From assembly GCA_029262175.1 (NCBI GenBank), contig JAJCZV010000101.1:17392-81391 (forward strand): a stretch of DNA of 64,000 nt. The letters run 5' to 3'. This stretch comes from Gemmatimonadota bacterium (GTDB lineage: Bacteria; Gemmatimonadota; Gemmatimonadetes; Palauibacterales; Palauibacteraceae). A model generated the notes under the pieces. That model did no database searches. It worked only from the letters and a program-made list of their open reading frames with translations, and was not told the DNA's origin. Below are positions 26,445 through 35,846 of this stretch, piece by piece. The position numbers and the translations under genes are program-made. The number at the start of each line of letters is the position of its first letter. The first letter of the stretch is position 1.

Positions 26445-28075
26445 GAGGCGGTCGCCGCGCGTAGCGTACCCCGGCGACCTCCGGAGAACGCGTCGGGACC
26501 TAGGCGCTCGGAGCAGGGGTCACATCGTGTCGTGACCGTTTCCTCGGGCACATGACGTTGCCACCATTCCTTCGCATCAGCCTTGTCCCATGTCTCGTGC
26601 AGGGCAAGGGACTGTAACGCGGTCTCGAGTTCTTCGACAGTTTGGAAGCGCCGATCCGGATCTTTCTCCAAGCACTTGAGGACGATGGCGTCGAGCGACT
26701 CAGGTATCCCCCTCGTACTCACCTCGCTCGGTGGTGTCGGCGACGTCTTCACGTGATCGATGATGAGGTCGACGCTCGTGGACCCTCGAAACACCGGTTG
26801 TCCCGTAAGCATCCAAAAGGCCACTCCGCCCAAGTTGTAGATATCCGAGCGCTCGTCCACCTTGTCGGCGCCGTAGAGAGCTTCGGGTGAGATGAACTGG
26901 GGCGTTCCGAAAATCACTCCGGCCTGAGTCAACGCTGTCGAGCTTTCGGAATCGAGCTGACGGGCCAGTCCAAAATCGAGAACCTTGATGAAGTCGTAGA
27001 CGCCGCCGCGGTGTGTCACGAAAAGATTCGAGGGTTTGATATCGCGGTGAACGATCCCCCTAGCGTGAGCCTCCGATAGAGATCCACACGCCTGGACAAG
27101 AAGATGGATCGCTCGTGCCGGAGAAAGGGGGCCGAACCGCTCGACCAACTTCCTGACATCCATCCCATCCAGATACTCCATGGCATAGTAAAACGTGTCG
27201 GATGGCGTCCGACCGTAGTCAAAGATCGTGATCGTGTTGACGTGGGTGAGAGACGCCGAGAGCTGCACCTCGCGCTCGAAGCGAGCGAGCGCCGGTCCGG
27301 ATCCCAGCCCTTCCGCGGTCACCACCTTCACCGCGGTAGGTCGACAGATCATAGCATGTTGGGCGCGGTAGACCTCCCCCATTCCCCCGCTCCCGATCTG
27401 GTCCTCGAGCACGTAATTGCCGAGTCGCTTCGCGCGATGGGCAGTGCGGTGAAGACTATAGAGCGTCTGGCTGATCACCAGCGATACCAGCGCCAACAGG
27501 CTCACGCCCAGCACGTTCCAGCCCCGCTCGAAGAGCGATATGCGTGACCCGAACTTCGCCCAATATGCGCCGACCTCGGGAAAAACGAGGGGTGAAAGCA
27601 GATACGCGAGAGCCACCGACATGATTGCGATCCCGGCCAACATCACTTGAGAAGGCCTACATGGGATAAAGGCAGCGTGGACAAAGAGAAGGAGCGCGAT
27701 CGGCAGGAACACGTCGCGTCCCGGGTACAGGATCGCGAGTGACAGAATGATGGTGATGACGTTGAACGCGATCACCACGAAAGTGGCGACTTCGAGTTGA
27801 CGTTTGGTCTTGTGTCGAAGTTGGATGACCCCGAGCGCCAGCAGAAACGACAGCGGGTTCGCGAGGTGCAGCGAGAGCACCCAAGGCCGCATCGCACTCA
27901 CGATCGGTTCGAGAGCGTACAACCGACTCATTGCGAGCACCGATGACGTCGTGACAAGGCCTAGGACCAAAAGGATCCTGGATCGACGCCACATGATGTC
28001 GCGCAGCTCAGCGTCGAACAGGGTTGTCGTGTCGTACCCACTCGCAAGGAGCGGAGAACTCGACTCACCGTTCAT
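26441..28075 (-). CDS. polytopic membrane Ser/Thr protein kinase (N-terminal multi-TM domain, C-terminal kinase)
   Basis: ATG 28075 has GGAGG 8 nt upstream. About six hydrophobic segments span residues 40-230. Kinase motifs are IGSGGMGEVYRA, AVKVV, HRDIKPSNLFV, DFGLAR and SPE. Confidence 0.85.
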   Translation of the reverse strand: MNGESSSPLLASGYDTTTLFDAELRDIMWRRSRILLVLGLVTTSSVLAMSRLYALEPIVSAMRPWVLSLHLANPLSFLLALGVIQLRHKTKRQLEVATFVVIAFNVITIILSLAILYPGRDVFLPIALLLFVHAAFIPCRPSQVMLAGIAIMSVALAYLLSPLVFPEVGAYWAKFGSRISLFERGWNVLGVSLLALVSLVISQTLYSLHRTAHRAKRLGNYVLEDQIGSGGMGEVYRAQHAMICRPTAVKVVTAEGLGSGPALARFEREVQLSASLTHVNTITIFDYGRTPSDTFYYAMEYLDGMDVRKLVERFGPLSPARAIHLLVQACGSLSEAHARGIVHRDIKPSNLFVTHRGGVYDFIKVLDFGLARQLDSESSTALTQAGVIFGTPQFISPEALYGADKVDERSDIYNLGGVAFWMLTGQPVFRGSTSVDLIIDHVKTSPTPPSEVSTRGIPESLDAIVLKCLEKDPDRRFQTVEELETALQSLALHETWDKADAKEWWQRHVPEETVTTRCDPCSERLGPDAFSGGRRGTLRAATAS

Positions 28076-28185
28076 GACCAACCTCCCTTCTACCGCGTAA
28101 GGAACGCTGTTCCGGGGAGACAATGTTCCCGCGACATCTCGCTACCCCCTCTCGACGCGTCCGCCCGCATCTTCCACCGCACGCC

Positions 28186-28218
28186 GGGGGAGGAGGCGCC
28201 CTAAAGCGCCCCTCCTCC
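28186..28218 (-). terminator. GC-rich hairpin after the OMP gene
   Basis: GGGGGAGGAGGCGCC-CTAAA-GCGCCCCTCCTCC lies 21 nt downstream of stop 28239. There is no clear U-tract. Confidence 0.5.
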
Positions 28219-28238
28219 GTCCGTACCCGGCGGGTGTG

Positions 28239-28880
28239 TTAGAAACGAAGGGCGACGCCGGCCGTCAGCGGGAACGTCCACGCCGTATCGAACCCGTTCG
28301 GATCGATATCTGACCGCAGCTGTGCGAACACCGCCGTTTCCGCCTCATCGGTGAACATCAAATATGCTTGGCCTCCCAGGAACACGTTGACGTTGGATGA
28401 CACATCGTATCCGACTCTCAGACCGCCGTTTGCGGTGAAGTAAGTCTGGGAGAAGTCGCGCGCGGTACCGCCGACTTGAAACGAGTCCGAATCGAACGTC
28501 GACGCCCCACCGCCCAGATTGATATCGATGTTCCAGGACGATCGGAGGGGATCTACGAGGCTGGCAGCCAAACCAGCGTTGTAGTGAAAGATGTTCATAT
28601 CGGGCGCCGCCGGGCCCGCTCCATCGGCCTCTACACCGGACAGGACGTCGACGTCGCCGTCGATTCTCAGCGCAATTCGAGAGCTAAGATTGTAGGCAAA
28701 CCCCAATCCAAAGGTGGGGCCGACATCCAGCAGGTCCGACAGGTCGCTGGCTGGCACGGCCACCCCACCTCTTGCCTCGAGCGAAAAGTTCTGCTGCGCC
28801 ACACTCGGTGCCGGAATTACAAGCGCAAGCGCGGCGATGAGCGCCCAGCGGTTCGGCTCTGTCCATGTATGAGTTCTCAC
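28239..28880 (-). CDS. outer-membrane beta-barrel protein (OmpA-N/OmpW-like porin family)
   Basis: The signal peptide is WALIAALALVIPAPSVAQQ. The body shows an alternating amphipathic strand pattern. The C-terminus ends in Phe (GVALRF). GTG 28880 has the SD GAGGGA; GTG 28895 is an alternative start. Confidence 0.7.
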   Translation of the reverse strand: MRTHTWTEPNRWALIAALALVIPAPSVAQQNFSLEARGGVAVPASDLSDLLDVGPTFGLGFAYNLSSRIALRIDGDVDVLSGVEADGAGPAAPDMNIFHYNAGLAASLVDPLRSSWNIDINLGGGASTFDSDSFQVGGTARDFSQTYFTANGGLRVGYDVSSNVNVFLGGQAYLMFTDEAETAVFAQLRSDIDPNGFDTAWTFPLTAGVALRF

Positions 28881-29134
28881 GACATTATCCCTCACTTTTA
28901 ATTTTTAGCCATCGATCGTTGGGTATCGACCCAAGCGTTGACGACTAGTGAGTGAGAGGAGAGCGGTAACTCTTACACTTCATGTGATCATCAAAGCGTT
29001 GGCGAGTCAGCGCAGCAGTAATCGACTCCCCTTCGGCCGTCACGAGACACACTGGCCCTTATCTTCTCCGTGCGCTTCCTCGATTTCGGCGTCGAGAACC
29101 CAAAGTCGAGGGTCATCGAGGCGGCTTTCGGTTC

Positions 29135-29686
29135 CTACGACCAGGCGTGCGCGGGTAGCGCGCAGCTCCCGGCGCGACGGCCAAGACGTGCGTGTATGAG
29201 CGCCCGCGCCCGCCAAGGCATGTGATCGACAAAAGTGTAGCCGTCTAAATGATCGACTTGATGTTGAATCATCCGAGCGAGCATTCCGCCCGCGCGAAAC
29301 CGGATGAGATGGCCCGATGGAGCAAGTCCGCTCGCAACGACCCATGCGCTTCGGTCGACAGGGCCGGTCACGCCAGGAATAGCGAGGCAGCCCTCGCGAT
29401 CGCGTTGGCGCTCCGTTGACATCTTCTCGATTACGGGATTGATCAAGACGACCTGACTGCGGCCGGTCCCCGTCAGGTCGATCGCGATGACACGGAGCGG
29501 GAGTCCGACGACAGGGCCCGACAAAGCCGTGTAGTGTGCTCGCCGCATCAGGTCGAGCATCCCGTCGATCGCTGATGTGACGAAACCGTCGACCTCTACC
29601 ACTTCAAGAACGGGTACGCCGCGTACCCCAGGGTCAACAGTTATCGCGTGTAGGTCGTCGTGGTTGGGACTCCGCCAATGGTCCAT
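29135..29686 (-). CDS. peptide deformylase-like protein with substituted catalytic residues
   Basis: ATG 29686 has GGAG upstream. It aligns along its whole length with PDF. Motif 2 (EGCLAIPG) is retained. Motif 3 is QHQVDH instead of QHExDH. Motif 1 is YTALSGPV instead of GxGLAAxQ. Confidence 0.75.
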   Translation of the reverse strand: MDHWRSPNHDDLHAITVDPGVRGVPVLEVVEVDGFVTSAIDGMLDLMRRAHYTALSGPVVGLPLRVIAIDLTGTGRSQVVLINPVIEKMSTERQRDREGCLAIPGVTGPVDRSAWVVASGLAPSGHLIRFRAGGMLARMIQHQVDHLDGYTFVDHMPWRARALIHARLGRRAGSCALPAHAWS

Positions 29687-29876
29687 TTTGAACACTCCGT
29701 TTCGCTTCCAAGTGCCATCGCCGCGACACCTCTCAGTTACCTCTCGGTGAGTGGCGGCTATGGCGAATCTCTTACATAGGTCGAGACGAGAGGGAACCGC
29801 CGACCCACGATGGCGGTTTGGAGTTCGCATGCGGAGGGGAGAAAAACCAAGTCGCGGACAGGTGAGCGGGACCCGA

Positions 29877-30506
29877 ATGATTACAGCCAAAGCTCGCGAA
29901 GAACGGCGTGAGGATCGGGAAGTCCTCGGCGACCCGGGGCTCGCAGCTAGGATTCGCGAACGCGACCCCTTCGCCCTCCAATCGGTGTCGCGTGCCTATT
30001 TGAACCAGGTGTTGCGCGCGGCGCGCGCCGCCGGGCTCACACCCGAACAGGCAGAGGACGTCACCCAGGCCACGTTTACCACCTTCATCGACAAGGCCTC
30101 GGAATTCGAGGGGCGGTCGCACGTGCGCACCTGGATCTTCGGGATCCTATATCGAAAGATCGCCGAGGCTCGACGACGTCGAGATCGCGATCGAACAATG
30201 ACGGCGTTGGATGAAAGCTACGAGAGTCGTTTCGATCCGTTTGGGGGCTGGAGTCGGCCGCCCGAACCGGCGGACGCCAACGTGCAGAACGGGGAGATTC
30301 GACAAGCGCTGTCAGACTGCCTCGACGCCGCGCCCACTTCACAACGGATGGCTTTTGTCTTTCGTGAGGTGGAGGGCCTCTCCACCAAAGAGGTCTGTAA
30401 GATTCTGGAGATAACTGCCACTAACCTCGGTGTGATGTTGTATCGAATCAGAAACCGCCTCCGCGAGTGTCTGGAGGCACGTGGCTTTGACCGAGCAGGG
30501 GGCTGA
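29877..30506 (+). CDS. ECF sigma factor (sigma-70 family, group IV)
   Basis: Region 2 reads AEDVTQATFTTFIDKASEFEGRSHVRTWIFGILYRKIAEARR. Region 4 reads MAFVFREVEGLSTKEVCKILEITATNLGVMLYRIRNRLRECL. The start is uncertain (ATG 29877 or ATG 29829). Confidence 0.8.
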   Translation: MITAKAREERREDREVLGDPGLAARIRERDPFALQSVSRAYLNQVLRAARAAGLTPEQAEDVTQATFTTFIDKASEFEGRSHVRTWIFGILYRKIAEARRRRDRDRTMTALDESYESRFDPFGGWSRPPEPADANVQNGEIRQALSDCLDAAPTSQRMAFVFREVEGLSTKEVCKILEITATNLGVMLYRIRNRLRECLEARGFDRAGG

Positions 30507-30514
30507 CGACTGGT

Positions 30515-30772
30515 ATGCCGACTTGCAAGCAGATAGCGAACGACATCGCGAGCGACGCGCTCTCGACGGCATCCTGGAACCGACGGGCCTCCGTCCGACT
30601 CCATCTCCTGCTGTGTCGTCACTGTCGCCGATACGCAAGGCAAATGCGGGCAATCGGGAGCGCTGTGCGTACAGTTTTTGGGCACCACGAGGACGACGCC
30701 GACGCGCGAGAGCGCCTGGAGAAGATCATTGACTGTCGAACCAAGGAGGCGAGTCGTGAGACCCTGGAGTAG
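30515..30772 (+). CDS. small cytoplasmic zinc-binding anti-sigma factor (ZAS, zf-HC2)
   Basis: The gene lies 8 nt after the sigma stop. The motif is C4-x25-H30-x3-C34-x2-C37 (HLLLCRHC). There is no TM segment. Confidence 0.75.
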   Translation: MPTCKQIANDIASDALSTASWNRRASVRLHLLLCRHCRRYARQMRAIGSAVRTVFGHHEDDADARERLEKIIDCRTKEASRETLE

Positions 30773-31598
30773 ACGTGACTTCCTGAGGCTGGTACCAGGA
30801 ATTGCAGGAAGCGCCTTGATCCCCGGGGTCTCCCTCTCACCGCTCGCTTCCTTTGCCGATGACAGGGCCCGAGGGCTGCCGACGGCGGCGACTGACGCTG
30901 ACCTGCCGCCGCGAACCATAGCGCTTCGAACCCAAGGTGGCGCGTTCCGTTTCGACCCGATCGGGCTGTGGATGGATCCGGGGAGCGCAGTCACATGGCT
31001 CAACATGGGCGACTTCCACACCACCACAGCTTTCCATCCGGCTAACTCGCATCTGGTCGGAGGCGGGCTCCCCCTCCGTATCCCCGAAGGTGCGGAACCC
31101 TGGCACTCGGGGATGCTCGGACTAGACGCGGGGACACAATACGAACGGCGCCTTACGGTCGAGGGCGTGTACGACTACCTCTGCCAGCCGCACTACGGCT
31201 TTGGGATGGTCGGACGGCTCGTAGTTGGTCGGCCCAGGGGCGGACCCGCGGTGACGAACTCGATGTCGGAACTGCCGGATGCCGTCCGTGCGAACCTGCC
31301 GCCAATCGAAATGGTTACGGGCTCACGGGGCAGAACGTTCGAATGGGCATCTCGGATCAACGGCGTGCTGCTGCTGCTCGCGAACGCTCAGTCGGCCGGT
31401 GCGGCCGCGCAGGCGGTTGCAGTTGGTGCTAGGGCAGACCAGCAGCTCTCGAGCGTCTTGGACGCCACGAATACCGCTGAGGCTTTTGACGACACGCTCG
31501 GCGTGTTCACGGACGCAGTCGTAAACGAGGCTGGCTACGAGCACCTCGTTTCTCTAGCCGATCGCACGAAAGACACGCTGGATCGAGCCCGCGGTTAG
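30756..31598 (+). CDS. Tat-exported cupredoxin (plastocyanin-like type-1 copper protein) with a C-terminal extension
   Basis: GTG 30756 is preceded by AAGGAGG at 6 nt. The twin-arginine signal is WSRRDFLRLVPGIAGSAL. The copper site is GDFHTT...YDYLCQPHYGFGM (C-x2-H-x4-M). The gene overlaps the anti-sigma gene by 17 nt. Confidence 0.75.
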   Translation: MRPWSRRDFLRLVPGIAGSALIPGVSLSPLASFADDRARGLPTAATDADLPPRTIALRTQGGAFRFDPIGLWMDPGSAVTWLNMGDFHTTTAFHPANSHLVGGGLPLRIPEGAEPWHSGMLGLDAGTQYERRLTVEGVYDYLCQPHYGFGMVGRLVVGRPRGGPAVTNSMSELPDAVRANLPPIEMVTGSRGRTFEWASRINGVLLLLANAQSAGAAAQAVAVGARADQQLSSVLDATNTAEAFDDTLGVFTDAVVNEAGYEHLVSLADRTKDTLDRARG

Positions 31599-31861
31599 GC
31601 GACTGCTGCACGCCGCGCTCTCGTCACGGCCCCACTCACCCCACCCTATCAGACCACGCATAACCGCCTCTTTCGTCCCTGCCCCAGTTCAGTCCAAAGA
31701 CGCTGTCAGTCTAGAGACGCTGTAAGAATCTCCCCACGGACATCACTCACATAGTTGAAGGGCCGAACCTCGAAGCCCTAAAGAACTGTTGACCGTTTCG
31801 TTTGCGGACGTGGCTTACGGCCACGGTCCAAGGCGAAAGCACATGCAACTGGAGATGAACA

Positions 31862-32680
31862 ATGATTTCACATACGAACAAGTCGCGAGCTCTTCTCGTC
31901 GGCGCCCCGGCGATCCTCGCCGCTGGTTTTATGGCGGTCGCAATGATCGCGCCCCAGCCACGTACGGCAAGAGCGTCCCAGCTCGAAGAAGTCGCGGGTA
32001 GCGCGGCACATACAGAAGCGAATGGGACGTGGAGAATCAAGGCCACCGACGCCCTTATCGTTGGCGGTTATGGGGACAATTTCGCCTACGACGGGATGAA
32101 TGTTCGAGCTGTTGAAGGCCATGCCGAGATGACGGTCGTAGCCGGCGAGGGGAAAGCCAAACTCGAGATCGAGATCAAGACAAACGAGGACTCCGGACCG
32201 ATCCAGTTTTCGAGCGATGAGGCATGGTCCGGCAAAATACGAATCGTGCAAATGATTGACACGAGCGAAATGGACATGGCTCGTATCGCAGAACACATCG
32301 AGCTTCACGGCGACACTGGAAACGAAGCGCCGGTCATGCCCAAGATTTTCAGCTACTTCGCGACGTGGGGACCCAGCCAGATCTGGGTCAACGGCGAAGA
32401 AGTGATTCCAATGATCGGGAGCCACACGATGTTCAGCGAGCGGGCCCGCAATGCGCAAGGTGCAGTAGTCGATGGATCTGGAAAAACGTACTCCCCGATG
32501 GCCCAAGAGAAGAGCGGATTTGCCGATCCCAGCGAGACAGAGTTCCATTTTGTCGCCCACACCACGCAACCTGACGGCAACAACTTCCCGCCGCACACCG
32601 CGTGGATTCACCTCAACTTCGCTAAAGTAGAGGTGAAGGAACTACCCGACGGGGCGCAGGTCCCCTACGAACAGCAGTAA
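31862..32680 (+). CDS. hypothetical secreted protein
   Basis: The N-terminal signal or anchor is ALLVGAPAILAAGFMAVAMIAP. Composition looks coding and visibly more A/T-rich than the neighbouring genes. I recognised no family motif. Confidence 0.6.
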   Translation: MISHTNKSRALLVGAPAILAAGFMAVAMIAPQPRTARASQLEEVAGSAAHTEANGTWRIKATDALIVGGYGDNFAYDGMNVRAVEGHAEMTVVAGEGKAKLEIEIKTNEDSGPIQFSSDEAWSGKIRIVQMIDTSEMDMARIAEHIELHGDTGNEAPVMPKIFSYFATWGPSQIWVNGEEVIPMIGSHTMFSERARNAQGAVVDGSGKTYSPMAQEKSGFADPSETEFHFVAHTTQPDGNNFPPHTAWIHLNFAKVEVKELPDGAQVPYEQQ

Positions 32681-32957
32681 GACGCGGGACCGGGAATACC
32701 GGCGAGGTCAAGCAACCACGGCTGACCTCGCCGGCCCGTTGTGTCACGTTTTGGGCTGGCCTCTCGACGCTTCGAGGGCTCGACATCCACCGCCCTCTAC
32801 TGGGCTGTAGGCCTGCTTGGGGCGCCGGCTGATCCAGCCGAAAGCGCCTTGCACAATCGTCGTCGAGTGTCCCTTGCTCATATCGTCGAGGCAATCATCC
32901 GAGCATCGTGATCCGCTTGACGAGCTTGCCAAACCAAACTCGACAGAGTCGTCCGAC

Positions 32958-35513
32958 TCAAAAAGGCATTCCAAAGGCGACGTGGACGCGGTTCCCCTCA
33001 TCGCTGTTGGCCATCACGGCGGAGATTCCGTTCGCGCGTCCGAAGATGCCGAGCCAGAACCCGCCGCCGAACCCCTCGTGCCAACCAGTTGGCGAGTCGC
33101 CGTCTATGTAGACACGCCCCACGTCAGCGAACCCGAGCAGGCCGAAATCGCCCGACGACAAGAAATCGAGCCTGAAGAGGAACAGCCGCAACTCGGCGGA
33201 TCCGTAGACCGCGGCATCGCCGGCAAACCGGCCCCCGTCGAACCCACGCAGCGATGCACCGCCACCGATGAACGCCGAGTCGAAGAATGGCTGATTGCCC
33301 CACACACGCTTGCCGCCTGCGCGTAACGCGAGCGTCGGCTCGAGCGGTGCCGAAACGGCGGACAAATACGTGGTACCGTGCGCCTCTACGGTTGAGTAGC
33401 TGTCCTCTACGTCGAAAAAGGAGGGAGTGACGGAGCCGCGCACCATGAGCGTCGCTCCTTTGGTCGGTGCTCCTGGGATGTCGCGTGTGTCGAGATGAAA
33501 GTCGACGAACGCTCCGGATTGAACAAACTGACCCGCGCCATAGAGCGGCTCCGGATCCACGCCTGCGGGCAGGAACGGATTGTCGTCGGAGTCCGAGTCC
33601 GAGAAGCGCCCGGAAAGCCCAAAACCGAGGTCCGCATTGTCGCCCAACGCGAACCCGTATCGAGGCTCGACCGAGACGGTGCTTACCAACACATGAGCCG
33701 AATCCTCGTTGACGAACTTGCGAGAATCGTTGCCGAACCCGTAGAAGGCGGAGAGTCCCAGCTGCGAACCGAGGATGTCGAACGAGAAGTGCCCGCTCGA
33801 ATTCTCAGGGTAGATATCGATGCCTACCTGGGCTTCGAATCGACCTGCGGTCGAGGCGCCAGCGCCGTAACGGAAGCGTGACGCGTACGGATCCTTCCGG
33901 AACCCGTATCCGTATCGAGTTGCTCCCAACCTCCCGATAAGACCGTGTTCAGGAGAGAGGAGCAAACTGCCGATCGGAATCGACCAGGTCCCCGAATGAG
34001 ACGGCGTGTTGTGGTCCCCTTCGGGAACCGGGGGCGGTTCGTAACGAGACGTCTGGATGTCGGTGCTTGGTGCGTTACCCGTGACTTGGTTCTCACCCAA
34101 CGCGTCGTAATAGCGGACTTCGCCGACGTCCTGATCGTAGCGGACCACGTCGTCACCGCCACCACCCACGACGCGAACGAGGATCCCCAGATCTCCGACT
34201 CCCCCGACTACGGCGAGATCACCACCGTCCCCCATAAAGATCCGGATTTCGTTGGTCTCACTCGGATCGAACGTTCGACGAAAAAAGGCGTCGCCGCTAC
34301 CAGTCGGTCGAGCCGTCACTTCGACGGAGCCTCCCTCGAGAGACCCGACTTCGACCTGATCTGCGAGATCAGTCAGATGCACCTCGACGTCCATCGCGAG
34401 AAACCCGTAGAGATCGGCGGCCGCTTGCGGCAGCGCGTCGCGTCGTGCCTTCAGCGATTTGGCAATGAATTCGCCGTCCGCTTCGTACATAGGATCGGGT
34501 AGGCGACGAACTGCGTCATCGATCACTTGGTCGGTCATCTTCCCTTCGAACGTCGTCACGACGGAGTGCCAATCCCCCCAACTAAGCTCCGCGAGAAACT
34601 GTCGGTCGAGTTCGCGCGCCTGATGGTGGAGGCCGTAGATACCCGGGTATTCTTCTTTGAAGCCTACCAGCTGCCGCACGTATGAGTGCGCGGATGAAGG
34701 GAGGAGGCCGTCCAGTCGTGAAAAGGCCTGGTCTCGGTCTTCCGCGATCGGGAGCCACGTCCGAGATCCGTCGGGCCGTGCCCACGTCCACTGCCCGCGA
34801 TGTCGATCCCAATCCCCTATCAATATGTCCAGCAAACGCGCGTTGAGGAACGCTCGCGAGTCGACGCGATCGGTCTGACTCTCGGCCACTCGACGAAAGA
34901 TGCGGTTGCCGCCATCGATGTTGTCGAACCCGCCGAAGATCGCGTCCGAGTTTTCTTCATCGCCGGGCCGTTCCGCGATCGTTCCCACCTGTCCCCCGAA
35001 CTGCTCGCGGAACTCACCGAGCGCCGGTGCGTCGGGCATGACGAACGGCTGTGACTCCGGGTGAAGCACGCCGGCCGCGTCTTCCAGCGCGTGTACGACC
35101 AGGATGCCCAGTGGATGTGACGCGCTGATCTGATCCTGTAGAAGCGCGTTGGCCGCGGTCCCGCGAAGCTCGGTTGGCAGCACCGGTGTCGGATCCTTGT
35201 CGATAAGCCGGAACGAGTACCGGCGTCCGTCTTGCCCGACGAGCACCAGCGAAATCGTCTGCTCACCCCCGCCCGTGCGCTCCGGAGTCAGGCCACCGGC
35301 AAAACTCTGCAGATCGAGAACGGGCAGCGTCACCGTAGACGTCCAGGCGTTTCGGTAGTGATCACCGAGCAAGAGCCGCCGCAACCCGCCGGCTCCGTAT
35401 CGTGGGCCGATCACGACGTCGACAGATTCTCCGGCTGCCTGCGCCGCTACGGGAGCCGCGAAGGCGGACAAAGCCGCGGCGGAAAGCATCGTGACAAGAC
35501 AACTGGTTCGCAT
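32958..35513 (-). CDS. Omp85/surface-antigen (D15)-type outer-membrane protein with a large N-terminal domain
   Basis: ATG 35513 gives MRTSCLVTMLSAAALSAFAAPVAAQA, a signal peptide. The C-terminal beta-barrel pattern is LRGFDGGRFAGD...GGFWLGIFGRANGISAVMANSDEGNRVHVAFGMPF, ending in Phe. Confidence 0.75.
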   Translation of the reverse strand: MRTSCLVTMLSAAALSAFAAPVAAQAAGESVDVVIGPRYGAGGLRRLLLGDHYRNAWTSTVTLPVLDLQSFAGGLTPERTGGGEQTISLVLVGQDGRRYSFRLIDKDPTPVLPTELRGTAANALLQDQISASHPLGILVVHALEDAAGVLHPESQPFVMPDAPALGEFREQFGGQVGTIAERPGDEENSDAIFGGFDNIDGGNRIFRRVAESQTDRVDSRAFLNARLLDILIGDWDRHRGQWTWARPDGSRTWLPIAEDRDQAFSRLDGLLPSSAHSYVRQLVGFKEEYPGIYGLHHQARELDRQFLAELSWGDWHSVVTTFEGKMTDQVIDDAVRRLPDPMYEADGEFIAKSLKARRDALPQAAADLYGFLAMDVEVHLTDLADQVEVGSLEGGSVEVTARPTGSGDAFFRRTFDPSETNEIRIFMGDGGDLAVVGGVGDLGILVRVVGGGGDDVVRYDQDVGEVRYYDALGENQVTGNAPSTDIQTSRYEPPPVPEGDHNTPSHSGTWSIPIGSLLLSPEHGLIGRLGATRYGYGFRKDPYASRFRYGAGASTAGRFEAQVGIDIYPENSSGHFSFDILGSQLGLSAFYGFGNDSRKFVNEDSAHVLVSTVSVEPRYGFALGDNADLGFGLSGRFSDSDSDDNPFLPAGVDPEPLYGAGQFVQSGAFVDFHLDTRDIPGAPTKGATLMVRGSVTPSFFDVEDSYSTVEAHGTTYLSAVSAPLEPTLALRAGGKRVWGNQPFFDSAFIGGGASLRGFDGGRFAGDAAVYGSAELRLFLFRLDFLSSGDFGLLGFADVGRVYIDGDSPTGWHEGFGGGFWLGIFGRANGISAVMANSDEGNRVHVAFGMPF

Positions 35514-35846
35514 CGGTTGACCTTCCAGAGCTCGAGTCAAAGAGAAAATTGGTCCCCCGAATCGAAACGCTCGTCGTTGTTGAAGAACGAGGATCGGGCC
35601 GGGCTTCGGGCAGCGCGCGCACACAGAAAAGCGAACCGCCAGTTCGGAACGCGGAATTGCACCGGGTGATGAGCAAGCCCTGCCGGCCCGACACGCGGTT
35701 TGTCGAGGTCTTAGAGTCCGTTGACCGGTCCGAGGTTACAGCCACTTGGCCCGGTGCGTGGCTGCTGCGTCTAGCGTTCTCGATGGCGACGAGCTTCTCT
35801 TGCCACAGGCGATCTGGCCTTTACGGTCGCGGGCACGCCACTCCCT

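Noticed and set aside
28984-28992. A fifth GTGATCATC match, upstream of the OMP gene.
   Set aside because: The downstream CGGCGY box at the 16-nt spacing is absent (TACCGCT instead), and the site lies about 105 nt from the start. I did not count it as a member of the motif set and mention it only as a weak candidate.
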